Shown: positions 12,377 through 25,335, counted from the first letter of the stretch. The stretch: 64,000 nucleotides of DNA from Azolla caroliniana (GCA_043228905.1 JBHGNT010000003.1:19654001-19718000), one strand, 5' to 3'. Notes: generated by a model not told the origin, from the sequence alone. Numbers and translations: made by a program.

Positions 12377-15300
12377 AACCATTTACAACAGGCCACGATC
12401 ATTCAAGTTGCCTTGGTTGCAATATACAAAAAAGGTTGGCAGCCTTAGTTCAAATGTACCAAAAAGATTTACAACCTTGTTACAAAAAACTGATACAAAA
12501 AAAGCTTGGTAATACACCGATATCATATATTTGATGTTACAAAGTACAACATTGGATGGTTAATATATGGGAAAGCCCAAAATCCGGCATGTGCCCATTT
12601 GGCCAAATTTTTCCGAAGGAGCTCTACGTCTTCAAATCCGAACCATTGCTCCTTACCCTACACCAAGGTACACATTCACTAACGCCCTTACAAAAACAAA
12701 TGCTAATATTCAATACTTGGGCCCTACTTACAAAATCCACCAATTTGTATCCTTGAATGAACTCCTCAACCATCATCCGAATAGTAAGCATCACGTAAAA
12801 CCCACAATCTGTCCCATTGGGTTGGGTCTGTCACGACACAGTGACATCAAATACATAGTTGGTGAGGATTGAACCTACAACCTCACATCAACAAGATGTC
12901 ATGCTCAACTATATTGATATGAGCATATATTTGTATATAACTGTTTAGTATTATATAGTCTAGCAAACAATACATTTAAGAATCAAAATATTCTAGTTGT
13001 TAGTATATTCTAGAAATATTGTACGGTATATTCTAAATAGTTATATATTCTAGAGATATTTCTCGACTATATTCTAGAGATATTCAATTTCGGAACTTGT
13101 ATAAATACTTGTGACCTCCTCCCCGGTCCGAGACCCCGATGGTCCCGCTCAAGTGAAGCACACACACACACGCATCTTCGCAACATCTTTTTGGTGAACC
13201 TGACGTGAAGAGCGGCAGGGGAGGATGAAGATGGACGAGGAATATCTCATGGAGGCAATGTCAAAGATGATGATGGAATTTTCGAGAGAAGGGAAAAGAT
13301 GAGATGCGGCCCAACAAGTCGTCGAAAGTGTGATCGAGCGAGTCGGTTGTTTTGACGGGGGCAAAGTCCAAAATTTTCTAGAAACCTACAATGCCGAGAT
13401 GGATTCGAGAGGTGTGAACGAAGCTATGAGGTTGGAGTACTTTTGTCAGTTGGTGGCTGAACCGATCTACAAAGAGATGATAGAGCTTCAAGAAGCTCAC
13501 GACTCTTGGGTGTCCTTTGAGGAAGCTCTATTGGAGGCATACGGATACAAGAAACTGAAGGGACGAGGTATGCGCGAGTTCGACCAATGGGTATCCTCAA
13601 TAAAGACCCACCAAAGTGCCATGTACGCATTCCTAGAGTTTGAGCATCATTTTGCTCAACTCTCAGAGCGGGAACAAAGATTGGTGGGGGTGGATAAGGT
13701 CTTGATGTGCGTGAATTCGATCGATCGAAGGGAAAGGATGACCTTAGACTCAAACTCAAAGAAGATTATGGTGCAAATGGCCTCAATGAGGATTGGACCA
13801 AAGTGGAAAGAGTATGTCGACTACACGATAAGAGGAAGACAAGATTCTCATCAGCAACAACATCATGGTCCACGAGGGACGATCAAGGAGGATTTGATGT
13901 GGCAACACGCCACCACCGAAGGAAGAGAGCGCAAAGAGAGAAGAATTCAAGAGTTAAAAGGTGCAAGTCGAGGCCAAAGAGAATCTTATAATGGAGCCAA
14001 AGCCGATTCAAATGGTGATCAAGGAAGAAGAGACCTCCCTACAAAAGTGGAGTAATGATACAAGCAATACGAAAGGCCAAGAAGGTGTGGAACACGCCAC
14101 CTTCTCGACTTATGGAAGAATGATGGTCAAGAGAAAGGCCCAAGATTCGAGAGTGGGAAATGTCGCTTTAAGAGTGGACAAGCATTTCGGAACACATGTT
14201 GTGTCCGAAATATCGAGTGATGAAGGTGCAAACATGAGTAAAGCTTGCGTGATCAAGGGAGATAAAGAGTGCAAGGCCAATGTGATTGAGGAGGTAGCCA
14301 CGAGAAACGACATCGAGTCGGAGATGGCTATGGACAAGTGGCGGATGGCCATGTGGAGACTTTCCTAACACTTCATCTAGAGACTTGGGTAGTTACGTCT
14401 GGAAACCAATGTGAGACCCAAGAGACAGATGGTGGTGAAGAGAAGAGAATGACCAAGACAACATAGAGAATGGCATCGGCCCGAAGTTGGCAAGAGCGAG
14501 TAAGGACCATGGAGAGGATTCCTCCACACTTGTTCCAGAGACTTCAGAAGTTGCGTCCAAGAGCCAATGTGAGACCGAAGAGACGGAAGGTGGCTACGAG
14601 GAAGCGAAAGATGAAGTTGGTGTGTACGATGAAGATACCAAACGAAGCACAATGAAAAATGCGGATGTGCGCAACAAAGAGCTCAAGCAAAGCACAACGA
14701 AGAAAGCTGATGCGTGCAACAAAGAGCCAAAGCGAACCACAACAAGGGAAGACGAGGGCCAAGTGGGCCAAGTGGATCCGAAAGATGTGATCACAAAATC
14801 TAACAAGGATGACACTAGCGTGTAAGTCATGGTCAACTCCAACACGAGAGTATACCACGAAAGTGGAAAAAGTGGGAAGCATGAAATGTGATCACTTAAG
14901 GACCTAGAAGTGAGCATGCAGTTGAAGAATGGACCACTAAGAGTACTCAACAACAGTATTCTAATAAGGCCTTCGAAAGACATGCATGGAACAAGAAAAG
15001 GTGATAAAAGAAAGTTAGATGACCAAGGAGATGACTGAGATGAATGTGGCACATGCACGAGGCATGAAACATTATGCTTTGGAAGAGCAAAGGGAGCCAT
15101 GACAACCGGTCATGGAAATGCAAAGAGTGAGCGAAGAATATGGTGGATCGGATGACAACAATAGTTCGAGTAGAAACAAGAGACAAAGTCAGCGTGGGTG
15201 AGGTGCAAGGAGCAAGCCAAAGGTTCAACCTTTGGCCCCACCACATCACTCTTTTCCATCTTGGCACATGCCAGAGGATGTGCGGTTTGGTGGGGGTGGA

Positions 15301-15439
15301 TGTCGTGATGTGGCATGTCCACTGAGTGAAAAAGTGTGGTTCCACGCACATTACACACACACACTTGTAAATATGAAAATAAATAAATAAATATGCTTAG
15401 GGCTAAGTGCAGAGAGGTGCAAGCAAGATTTGAACCTTG

Positions 15440-15988
15440 TGTCGTGCTCGTGACCGGCCATAGCCGGTTACCGTTCGTATATTCGTGTGCAAGAAATAAC
15501 GCTCAAACAAAAAACTGAATAACAAGATAGCTAAAAATAGAGAACACACAGATTTTACCGTGGAAACCCGAACTAGGAAAAAAACCACGTGGAGTCCACT
15601 TGCTCCGAAAACAGATCACTATGATGATGAGGGGTACAACAAGAAACTCAGAGGAAACGACCTCAAGTTCTTCTTCATCAGCGGATGGCTATGGAGTTGC
15701 ACTTACTCACACTCTCCCTCTCTCACACGTTCGCTCAGTTACAGAGACCACTGCTACGTACTCACTATCTCATGATAATGATTATCCTATAATGATTGCC
15801 CTAGATGCTTATATACTAGTACAACTTTCGGACTATTTACAAGTATAGTCCACAGAGGTTTATTTCGACTATTTACAGATATAGTCTCCCGAGTTGGTTG
15901 TCTACACAATTTCGGTTTCGGCCTCATCTGAGTTCCTCATCAACTCGGCTCTTCTCTCTTCCCATCTGAAGGGACCTATTTCCCAACA
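15440..15988 (-). mobile_element. Solo LTR (related to the 52322-53239 LTR)
   Basis: TG...CA ends; exact TSD CCTTG at 15435-15439 and 15989-15993. The 5' end tgttgggaaataggtcccttcagatggg matches the 52322 LTR start. Confidence 0.88.
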
Positions 15989-16133
15989 CCTTGCACCTCC
16001 AAGATAGGAAACAATTGACTTACCACGAAGGCTACTATTGAGTGCTTTAAATTTTGTATATTTTCTTATCATATTTATTATTCCATAGGAAACAAACGTA
16101 TAAAACCGTGTGCACAAAACCATGGTTTAAACC

Positions 16134-19100
16134 TGAAAACGTAAGTATTTGCGGAAGCGTAAAACAGGGAACAACACACACACACACACACACACAAAGC
16201 GAGAGAGAGAGGGAGAGGGAGAGCAAAACACAATTTCGAAATTATATTAAGACTGCATTTACACACTGTGCTAAGTAGCACTATTTATACAAGTCCTCTT
16301 GGGACTAACAGAAGTACCATGTACTTCAATGCTCACACGAGCATCTGACACTTACTACGAGACTATAGATACCTAGTAGTCTATCCTATTCTAGGCTTCC
16401 GATTGGACTGCCGATTACGGATTGCACCCGGCCTCCACTGCTTGCCGGTTCGGTTGCTCACCGTCATACCGATCCGTTTCGCCCGATCCGTCTCGCTTAC
16501 CGGCTCCGGCTTATTCAGCCGATCCGGCTCCGGTTGAGCTTGCCGCTCAACACTCCCCCTCAAGCTCAACCTGAGGTGGGGTCGTAGTGTCGACCTCTGT
16601 GGCAGTCGGTTCTTTCAACCGACTCCTCCTGGCGTCACTCCGCCTTGCTCGCGCTCCTCGTCCGGTCCGGTCCCGTTTGCCGCGACCCCTTTGGTTCTGC
16701 GCGCCTCGACCCTCTCGGTCGGCATGTCTGCTCAATAGGCCCATCTCAGCACTCACGTTGTTGTGACTCCGGCGCTTGCCGATCCGTCGGTTCTCCCACG
16801 ATGGCATCGACTTCCGATGTGCCCGTGTCCCCTTGGCCTTCAGTCGATCTGACTCATCCGGATCCATCTGTTGATCCGAGTCAGCTGTCTTCGACTCGTT
16901 CCAGCTCTTGTCTGAATCGGTACACTCCGATTCGACTTCCGGCTTCAGGCCTCTCACCATATCGGACCACTTCCGAGTCTTGGCCTTCTCCATGCTTCCC
17001 TCGGCTTCTTCAGCCGGTGAACCGAAATCGAATTCTTCATTCGACTCCGCCTCATGGTCAGTACCGGTAGAGACTTTGCCCTTGCTTCTCCCCCTCAAGT
17101 GCGGCACGTCGAGATGCCGAATACCAAGCATGTCGGTAAATTGCTGCAACTTGTCCGATCCGAGCGGTTTGGTGAAGATGTTGGCAACTTGCCGACCCGT
17201 ATGAACATACCGTAGGTCAACTTCACCGCTCAGGACCCGCTCACGCACGAAGTGGTAGTGCACCTCGATGTGCTTTGTGCGAGCATGGAACACAGGGTTC
17301 CTGGCGAGCTGCAGGTTGCTCATGTTATTGTAGTAAATCGGGATCGGGGTCGGCACCTCGATCCGCAAGTCTCGCAGCAGTCGTCGAAGCCAGATGGCTT
17401 CATAAGTGGCAATGGTAGCGGCCCGGTACTCAACCTCAGTGCTTGACAAAGCCACTGTGGGTTGCTTCTTGTTGCTCCACGCAACGGCCGCGCTACCTAT
17501 GGAGAACATGTATCCATAAGTGGAGTGGCGATCAGACGCATCGCCGGCCCAGTCAGCATCTGTGTAACCGACAAGCTCTTCGGGTATACCTCGCCGGTAT
17601 AGCAGACCCCGGTCTTTAGTGCCGCTGACATACCGTAATATTCGTTGCGCGCACTGAAGGTGCTCCACGGTCGGCTTCTGCATGAACTGACTTACCATGC
17701 CGACTGGATACCTGATGTCGGGTCGGGTGATGGTTAAGTAGATCAGGCTTCCGACAACCTGTCGGAACCATTTCTCATTGCAGGTCGGTCCGGAGTTGGG
17801 ACGGAGCTTCTGGTTCCGGTCCAGGGGTGTGGAGACAGGTCGGCAATCCGTCATGCCGAACTTATACAACATATTCAACACGTAATGTCGTTGTGAGAGC
17901 AATATGCCGTCGGGGGTCCGGATCACTTCGATCCCAAGAAAGTAATGAAGGTCCCCCAGGTCCTTCATTTCGAATGCGTCCGACAACTAGGACTTGACGC
18001 GGTTGATTTCGGGAAAACCCGGTCCGGTGATGACTAAATCATCCACATACAAGAGTATACATACCGGACCGTCAGAGCCTTGCCGGATGAATAACGAAGA
18101 GTCCGACTTAGAGACAGCAAACCCCAGCTTACGCAACCGGTGCGTGATCTTCGCGTTCCAAGCTCGGGGGGCTTGCTTCAAGCCGTAAAGCGACTTCTTC
18201 AGCCGGCATACCGCCGACTTGTTCATCTCCGAGTGAAATCCGGGGAGTTGAGTCATAAAGACTTCTTCTTCAAGCTCTCCTTGAAGGAAGGCGTTCTTCA
18301 CATCCATCTGGTGAAGATGCCACCCCCTTGCCGCAGCAACCGCCAGTACCACACGAACCGTCGTCATCCTAGCCACAGGAGCGAAGGTCTCATCGTAGTC
18401 GATTCCGTGGGTCTGCGCGTATCCCTTTGCCACTAACCGGGCTTTGTACCGGTTAACAGAACCGTAGGCGTTGTACTTGACCTTGTACACCCATTTGCAT
18501 CTGATCGGTTTACAGTGACGAGGAGGATCAACTAGGTCCCAAGTTTCGTTGGCATCGAGGGCCCGCATTTCTTCGTCCATAGCGGTACGCCAATTTGCGT
18601 CCTTTGCCGCTTCTGCGTAGCTCTCCGGCTCACGCACTTCTGTTACCTTAATCATGTACGCATAATGATGCGCCATGTATTCATTGTACCTGTACCGCAT
18701 GACGGGATCCTTCTGGCGGGTTGATCAGCGCAACGCACCGTCACCTGATTTGAGGCCTTTCTTGGACAGTTCGGTCTTTGTTGCCGAAGATCCGCCTTTC
18801 TCCTTTCCGGAGTCGGATACGCACTGATCCGACTCATCATTGCCGGTTTCGAATTCCGGCATCTTCCTCTTCTCCTTCTCTTTGCGCGTGAACCGTTTCC
18901 TCGGTGCCTTGCGCGGGGAGAGTACGGCAGAGTCTCCACCACTTGCCGTCTCTTCATCCGACTGGTCCAACCGACTCAGTCGCTCGTTCGGTCCACTCAA
19001 CCGTAACGATTCCGAACTCTCATCTTGAGTCCCGGCTCCATCATCCTCTGCCAGGGCTGATTCAGGCTCACTGGCTTGATCTTCCGGCATTGGGTCAGAA

Positions 19101-21529
19101 TCGGAAGTCGGAGTCGGTACGGAGTACCAAGATGCCGATTCATCGAACTCGACATCCCGGCTAACTCGGGCTTCCTTCGTCCGAGAGTTATAGCACTTAT
19201 ACCCCTTTTGCTCTTGAGCATAGCCGACTAGGATGCATTTTTCCGATTTTGCATCCAGCTTTCTCCGCTTCTGATCCGGCACATGCACATACGCTATGCT
19301 GTCGAATATCCGAAGGTGTCTTAAGTTCGGCTTGCGCCCGAAATATAGCTCATGAGCTAACACCTTGTCACCAATGCGGTTTTGTATGTAGACGGCCGTC
19401 TAGACCGCCTCTGCCCAGTAGAACCGGGGCATGCTCTTTTCCTCCAGCATTGCCCTTGCCACTTCGACGAGTGTCCGGTTCTTCCTTTCGGCCACAACGT
19501 TTTGCTCCGGTGTGTATCTGCAGCTGAACTCTCGCCGAATTCCCTTCTGCTGCAGATAACTAGTGAATTGGCCGGAAAAATATTCCTTTCCGCCATCCGA
19601 CCGAAGGCATTTGATCTTCCTCTCCGATTCCCGTTCCACCATCTTCTGGAGGCTCCGGAAACAGTCGAAGACTTCGCTCTTCCGTTCAATGAGGTAGATC
19701 CAGTATGTCGAGTATGGTCGTCGATGACGGAGACGAAGTATCGGCTCCCGCCAAGGCTTACACTTTGTGTCGGTCCCCACACATCCGAATGGATGAGATC
19801 GAGCTTGTTACAGCTCCGGTTCCGTTCGGTGGGGAATGGAAGCCGGTGTTGCTTCCCAAGTTGGCAGGCTTCACAAATTTCGGCTCTCCGGCCGCTGAAC
19901 TTCGGCAAACCGAAAACGACTTGTTTCGTTTGCAGGTCTTGAAGCCTCCGGTAGTTGACGTGGCCTATCCTCTTGTGCCACAGGTCGATGTCCGACTCGA
20001 CCTTCTGTCGTTCCGCGAACAAAGCGGTGCCTAAGTCATTGGTGTTGAGGATAAACATCCTCCCATCTCTGCGCCCTTGCGCAATGACTTCGCCCTCATC
20101 CTGAATGAAGCACCCGAGGTGCGTAAACCGCACCTGCATCCCCTGGTCGACAATCTAACCGAAGGACACCAGGTTCTTCGTGATTGTCAGAACGTGTAAT
20201 ACGTTCATCAGCTTCCCTTTCTGTCCGACGTGGCTTAGAGGGACTTCTTCGACGTGCACGATTGGGTGAGGAGTGTCGTCTCCGGTTTCGACTACTCCTG
20301 GTTGATCCGGTTTCTCCAGAAAGGAGAACCACTCTTTGTGGCTCGTCATGTGGTTCGACGCGCCGGAATCAACATACCACACTTCCTCCGTTTTGGAAGT
20401 GGTCTTCTTCATTGAGTTTGCCTTGTGATTCATCACCAAGGCTGGCCCCTTACCGACCTTTCCGGTTCCGGATCCTCCTGATCCGTTTGCGTAGTGCGAG
20501 TTTTGTCGGCCATCCTTACCGGTCTTGCCGGATCCGGATTTGTCCGAATCGGCACGCTTTCTCCAGCACTCGCTTTCCCTGTGGCCTTTTTTGCCACAGT
20601 ACCAGCATTCCGTAGCAGATTTTTCTTGCCGGCCTCCGGCACCGCCTTGACTCCCCCTGCTTGTGGAAGTCCCAGAACTGTTGTCGGCACGCTCATAGTG
20701 CCTCCGTTCCTGCTCTTGCCGGCCGCCTCCATTGCGTGCCGACCCACCTCTTCCACCACGCCCACGGAACCGATCTGTTCCCGTGTACAACATTCGGCTG
20801 TCCGGGGATGCACTGGTAGATGCACCAGCGTGGTTCTCCTCTACAAGGAGCATCGACTGTAAGTCGAAGAATGAGGGGGTATTCTCCCTTGTACACACCG
20901 CAGTCCGGAACGCTCCGAACTTGGACGTCAGGCCTCCGAGACATACCTGCACCATCTCGTCTTCCTCTACGGTAACATTGATAGAGGCGAGCGAGTCGCA
21001 GATCTCCTTTATCCGGCCCTTGTAGTCTGCCACGAACATGTTCTTCTGTCGAACATTGCTCAACTCCTGTCTGAGTTGCAACTTCCGGGCAGTGGTGCTT
21101 GCGGCGAAAACCTTTTTAAGGTTCCCCCAAGCATCCTTCGGTGTCTTGGCATCACGGATGTGGCTGAGCAGCTGATCGCCGACACTGGACGCGAAGCAGT
21201 ACATCACCCTGCTTGCCGCCTATTCCCATACCGGGAAGTCCTTGTGTGCCGAGTCTGGTGCCGCATCATTCGCTCCTTCGACATAACTCCAATACCCGTG
21301 TCCAAGCAGGTACTGGTGCATCTTGTAAGACCAGGATGCGTAGTTGCTCCTGTCGAGCTTCTCCATCGGGAGCGACGTAGCCATGCCTCTATCCATGTCT
21401 TCTACTGTGTCTGTTTTCGACCTATTAGGGTTTTCTTCTCAAGAGTAAATGTCTGCAGCAGAGGTTCTCAACCCTCGCGCTCTAATACCATGAAAACGTA
21501 AGTGTTTGCGGAATCGTAAAACAGGGAAC

Positions 21530-21569
<40 letters not shown>

Positions 21570-21923
21570 GCGAGAGAGAGAGGGAGAGGGAGAGCAAAAC
21601 ACAATTTCGAAATTATATTAAGACTGCATTTACACACTGTGCTAAGTAGCACTATTTATACAAGTCCTCTTGGGACGGACAGAAGTACCATGTACTTCAA
21701 TGCTCACACGAGCATCTGACACTTACTACGAGACTATAGATACCTAGTAGTCTATCCTATTCTAGGCTTCCGATTGGACTGCCGATTACGGATTGCACCC
21801 GGCCTCCACTGCTTGCCGGTTCGGTTGCTCACCGTCATACCGATCCATTTCGCCTGATCCGTCTCGCTTACCGACTCCGGCTTATTCAGCCGATCCGGCT
21901 CCGGTTGAGCTTGCCACTCAACA
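16134..21923 (-). mobile_element. Full-length Ty1/copia LTR retrotransposon (recent but inactivated)
   Basis: LTRs 16134-16552 and 21491-21923 differ by ~8 substitutions plus a (CA)n length change. TSD AAACC. Met-type PBS 21479-21490 (one mismatch); PPT 16553-16569. Domain order is gag(CCHC)-PR(DSGAS)-IN-RT(YVDD)-RH. Confidence 0.97.
16547..21396 (-). pseudogene. copia gag-pol polyprotein, disrupted, with ~180-aa extension after RNase H
   Basis: ORF pieces 20155-21207, 19357-20139/19400-19780, 18725-19363, 17987-18700 and 16547-17986. In-frame stops at ~20155, 18725 and 17987; frameshifts near 19705 and 19360. Confidence 0.93.
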
Positions 21924-22314
21924 AAACCTATGGTTTTGTGCATGTCATAAGTAAAACCATGTGCACAAAACCATGGTTTTAGCCCATGGTTTTATGCATG
22001 AACAAACCTATAAAAACCCTAGTAGAGAGTGTGTAAAGGGGGGGCTCAAGAGGTGATATCACCATCATCATCACCATCAATATACAATTCTTCTTATAAA
22101 TAGACTTCTTATTGTTCTTCTTCTTTTACCTTCGATCAATATTATTGTTCTTCTTATAATCGTCAATCTTTCGATCTTTTCAAATGTGACATTGGTATCC
22201 TCGACTCCTATCCATATCATCATCTTTTCGACAATTTTGCGAACGTCCTCCCCGGTCCGAGATCCCGGTGGTCCCGCTCAAGCGAAGCACGCACACACGC
22301 GCATCTTCGTGACA

Positions 22315-22758
22315 ATGGCGGAGCATGGATGACGAACGTGGAACTAGAAGTAACGAGGCTAGAAACTCTAGAAGATGTGAGTGATGAGACTATGAGCTTA
22401 CGATGCTATGGAGAGCATGAAGATAGAGATGAAGAACGAGACAAGATGGAATGGAACAAGAATACTAGATTGATGTGTCAATGACTGGTGTTGAATCCCA
22501 TGAAAGGAACCAATGAGGTTACAAGTATTTATACATGTTTCGAAATTGAATATCTCTAGAATATACCTGTCTAGAATACTTCGTACAAAATTTCTAGAAT
22601 ATACTAATGGCTAGAATATTTTGATGCTGAAATGTACTATATGGGAGACTATAGAATACTAAATCATTATATACAAATGCATGCTCATATCAAAATGGTT
22701 GAGCATGACATCTATTCATGTGAGGTTGTAGGTTCAATCCTCACCAACTATGTATTTG
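22315..22758 (-). mobile_element. Inverted LTR fragment related to 12829-13118
   Basis: 22515-22758 is the reverse complement of 12848-13118, apart from indels. Confidence 0.8.
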
Positions 22759-23045
22759 TTGGGAATTCGGTCCCTCCAGATGGGATCCGGGTGAAGAAAC
22801 CGGATCGAGTGAATCCGGATGGATCCGATTCAAACCGGATCCAAGGACATATTTGTAAATATGTTAGAGTAAGCCCACTGAGGCTATATTTGTAAATAAC
22901 CCTAAGGTCATATGAGTTTAAATATGACTTCTATACAAATACAAAATGGGGAAGAAATATCCTATTAAGGTCATATGAGTTTAAATATTAAGGTCATATG
23001 AGTTTAAATATGACTTCTGTAAAAATACAAAATAGGGAAGAAATA
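22757..23045 (+). mobile_element. Truncated LTR start related to the 52322 family, with local duplications
   Basis: tgttgggaattcggtccctccagatggg matches the 52322 start; taaggtcatatgagtttaaatat occurs three times. Confidence 0.65.
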
Positions 23046-23165
23046 GGATATTTGATTGCTAAAAGAATAAGCAAACTTCCATCCTGGTATTTTGAGAAAA
23101 CATGGCTATAATGTGAAGCTAGCTCATATTGTCCTTCAACATATTAGCTTTAAAACATTCCACAC

Positions 23166-25022
23166 ATGTTTAACACTAATACTCATGTTAGATTGATTCG
23201 TAGTTTCTTGTGGTCCGGTAAAATGGAAGGCAATGCTACGTCTAAATTGAAATGGGATGTTATTACCTTACCTCATTCTAAAGGAGGATTAGGTATTATT
23301 GATCCAATAGACCAATCAAGAGCACTATTAAGTAAAATGTTCATTAGAGGATTTATTTTGGGGCAAGAGATATGGAAAGTATTATTACTTGAGGGTTGTT
23401 CAGCTTGCTCTCCTCGATTAGGTGCCCCTTGGTCCAAGGATGTAAACTGGATATTTCGGGAAATTTTCCAAGTACCTTCAAGCAATAGATGGGAAGAAAA
23501 ATTTATTAGGACACTATTTTCAGCATGGAAACAAGTGTTACCTGGTTTGATTCGCAATCAACCCAACCCCAAACATTATCTTGAGTATCTCAAACAAAGG
23601 ATAGTCTAGAACCCGTTGTTTACAACATCAGATGGTTTAGTGTTGGGTTCTAGACAATGGTTATCCTAGGGAAAAATCAGTTAGGACCATGCAATAATTT
23701 TTATGGTGTTCATGGGAAGAGCAAAAAGAAATCCTAGATAATATGCATGGCGGTCAATATAATGTATCAACAAATTCAAGAAGCTATGAGTAGACTCACC
23801 ATACTACCCAATAACTCTAACCATAGATGGGTGCGGGTTTTTTCAAGATTGGAAGTACTCTTGGTTGTTAAGGGGTATTCACAAGATAAGACCTACTGAT
23901 TTTTTGAGGTGGATGAAACAAATCAATTGTCTCAGTTGGGGGAAATGGTGATAGATTACCCTCATGCTATTGAACACAAGATAAGGGTCATCGGATATGC
24001 CGATCGTAAATGGTATATTGATCCACTGATAGAGGAAATAAGGGCACATTGCAAGTTGTGGGTGTTGGCTAAAAAACCAGTATTCAGATTAGATTGGAAC
24101 CCAATTGATTATCAGTGGACAGATCCTTTTACGAGTAACAAGTTCAATTTCTTCCAATGTTCTGTACAGTTGTGAAGACATGTGCTTTCAGATTCACGGA
24201 ATGTGTTACCGGCTACATTTCAATATTGGAATAAATAAAGTATTACTCCCCAATTCCTAGCAAACTTCTGGGTTATCTTAAGGGCAAGAAAATAGCCACA
24301 CCAAATATTGCATGTACAATGGTTACTTGTACATCGAGCCTTGCTGGTTGGCACATGGTTGCATAGGATGGGCGTATATTCTGGTTGTGCTCGATGTCAT
24401 TTACAAACGGAAACTCAAAAACATTGTTTATAGGAATGCATTGAGTCTCAACCGATATGGCAATGTCTCCTTAGAATTTTTGCTAACTATTTTCCCCCAT
24501 TGATATTCACTTGGGGCATGGTGGTTTGGACATCACTTATCCATGACGCGTTCCATTATGACATTGAATCTATGGAACATGGATTTTACACTAAATTTGT
24601 AAGTGTTCATGCATTACAATTACTATCATTATAGTTTTCAGGAATACGGAAGGAACTCCAACTAGTATGGGAGATAGTGAGTAGTACGACTGTATATCAC
24701 ATCTAGAAGGCTAGGTGCTCTCTCATTTTCTATCAACTTAAAACATCATCAGTTGAATTAGTTTCAAATATTTGTTTAGACATAGTTCATACTTTGATGG
24801 GTCAGTGGGATGGTATAGTTGGAGATTATGATGCTAAAATTGCTCAATGACATGAGTTTCTTATCGTCTAGACAACTACTCTATTCACAACATCCAATTA
24901 TGGCACTCCTTATTGACATTTTCAACCTACGAAATGGTTGTTTCCCCTGTTAATCACTTAGAGTTTAAAATCTTGTTAAATGTTTACACTAATGACAGGA
25001 TATCTTCTTTAATAATAATAAT
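23166..25022 (+). mobile_element. 5'-truncated L1-like LINE remnant (ORF2 C-terminus)
   Basis: RSFLWSG...KWDVITLPHSKGGLGIID motif typical of plant L1 ORF2 after RT; WEIVSS..YHI*KARC near 24665; (AAT)n tail ~25010-25022. Confidence 0.8.
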
Positions 25023-25335
25023 ACTCATGTTAGAGCTTAGTTACATGTTATAATAATTAAATATACCATAACATGCTAGAATATATGGAATGACATTATA
25101 ACCGTTGACATATTCAAGCATCAATCATAGTCACAAACATTAATGTGGCACATTTGACAAACATGATTGAATAAATGTTTAGAGCATTAACTTAGCATGT
25201 CAGCAGAAATTTGATAATGTTAACTAAGAAAATGTTGATGTTTAAAAATATACTAAAAATGTTGAACGTTATACATAATACATAACCCTAAAGAATGAAT
25301 GGAAGAAAACATTCACTTTGGGTTTGCTTCAAAAC

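Larger units (their letters stand above)
12829..22314 (+). mobile_element. Gag-only (non-autonomous) gypsy-like LTR element primed by tRNA-Trp, with two insertions in its 3' LTR
   Basis: 5' LTR 12829-13185 (TGTCACGA...CTTCGCAACA). PBS tggtgaacctgacgtgaa at 13192-13209. Gag-like ORF 13330-14055 followed by frameshifted charged ORFs. PPT ggtgggggtgga ends at 15300. 3' LTR 15301-22314 (...CTTCGTGACA) is interrupted by a solo LTR and a copia element. No matching TSD. Confidence 0.65.

Noticed and set aside
16645-21501. Many plus-strand ORFs antisense to copia pol (also 57195-62954)
   Set aside because: Shadow ORFs of GC-rich retroelement coding sequence with no independent motifs.
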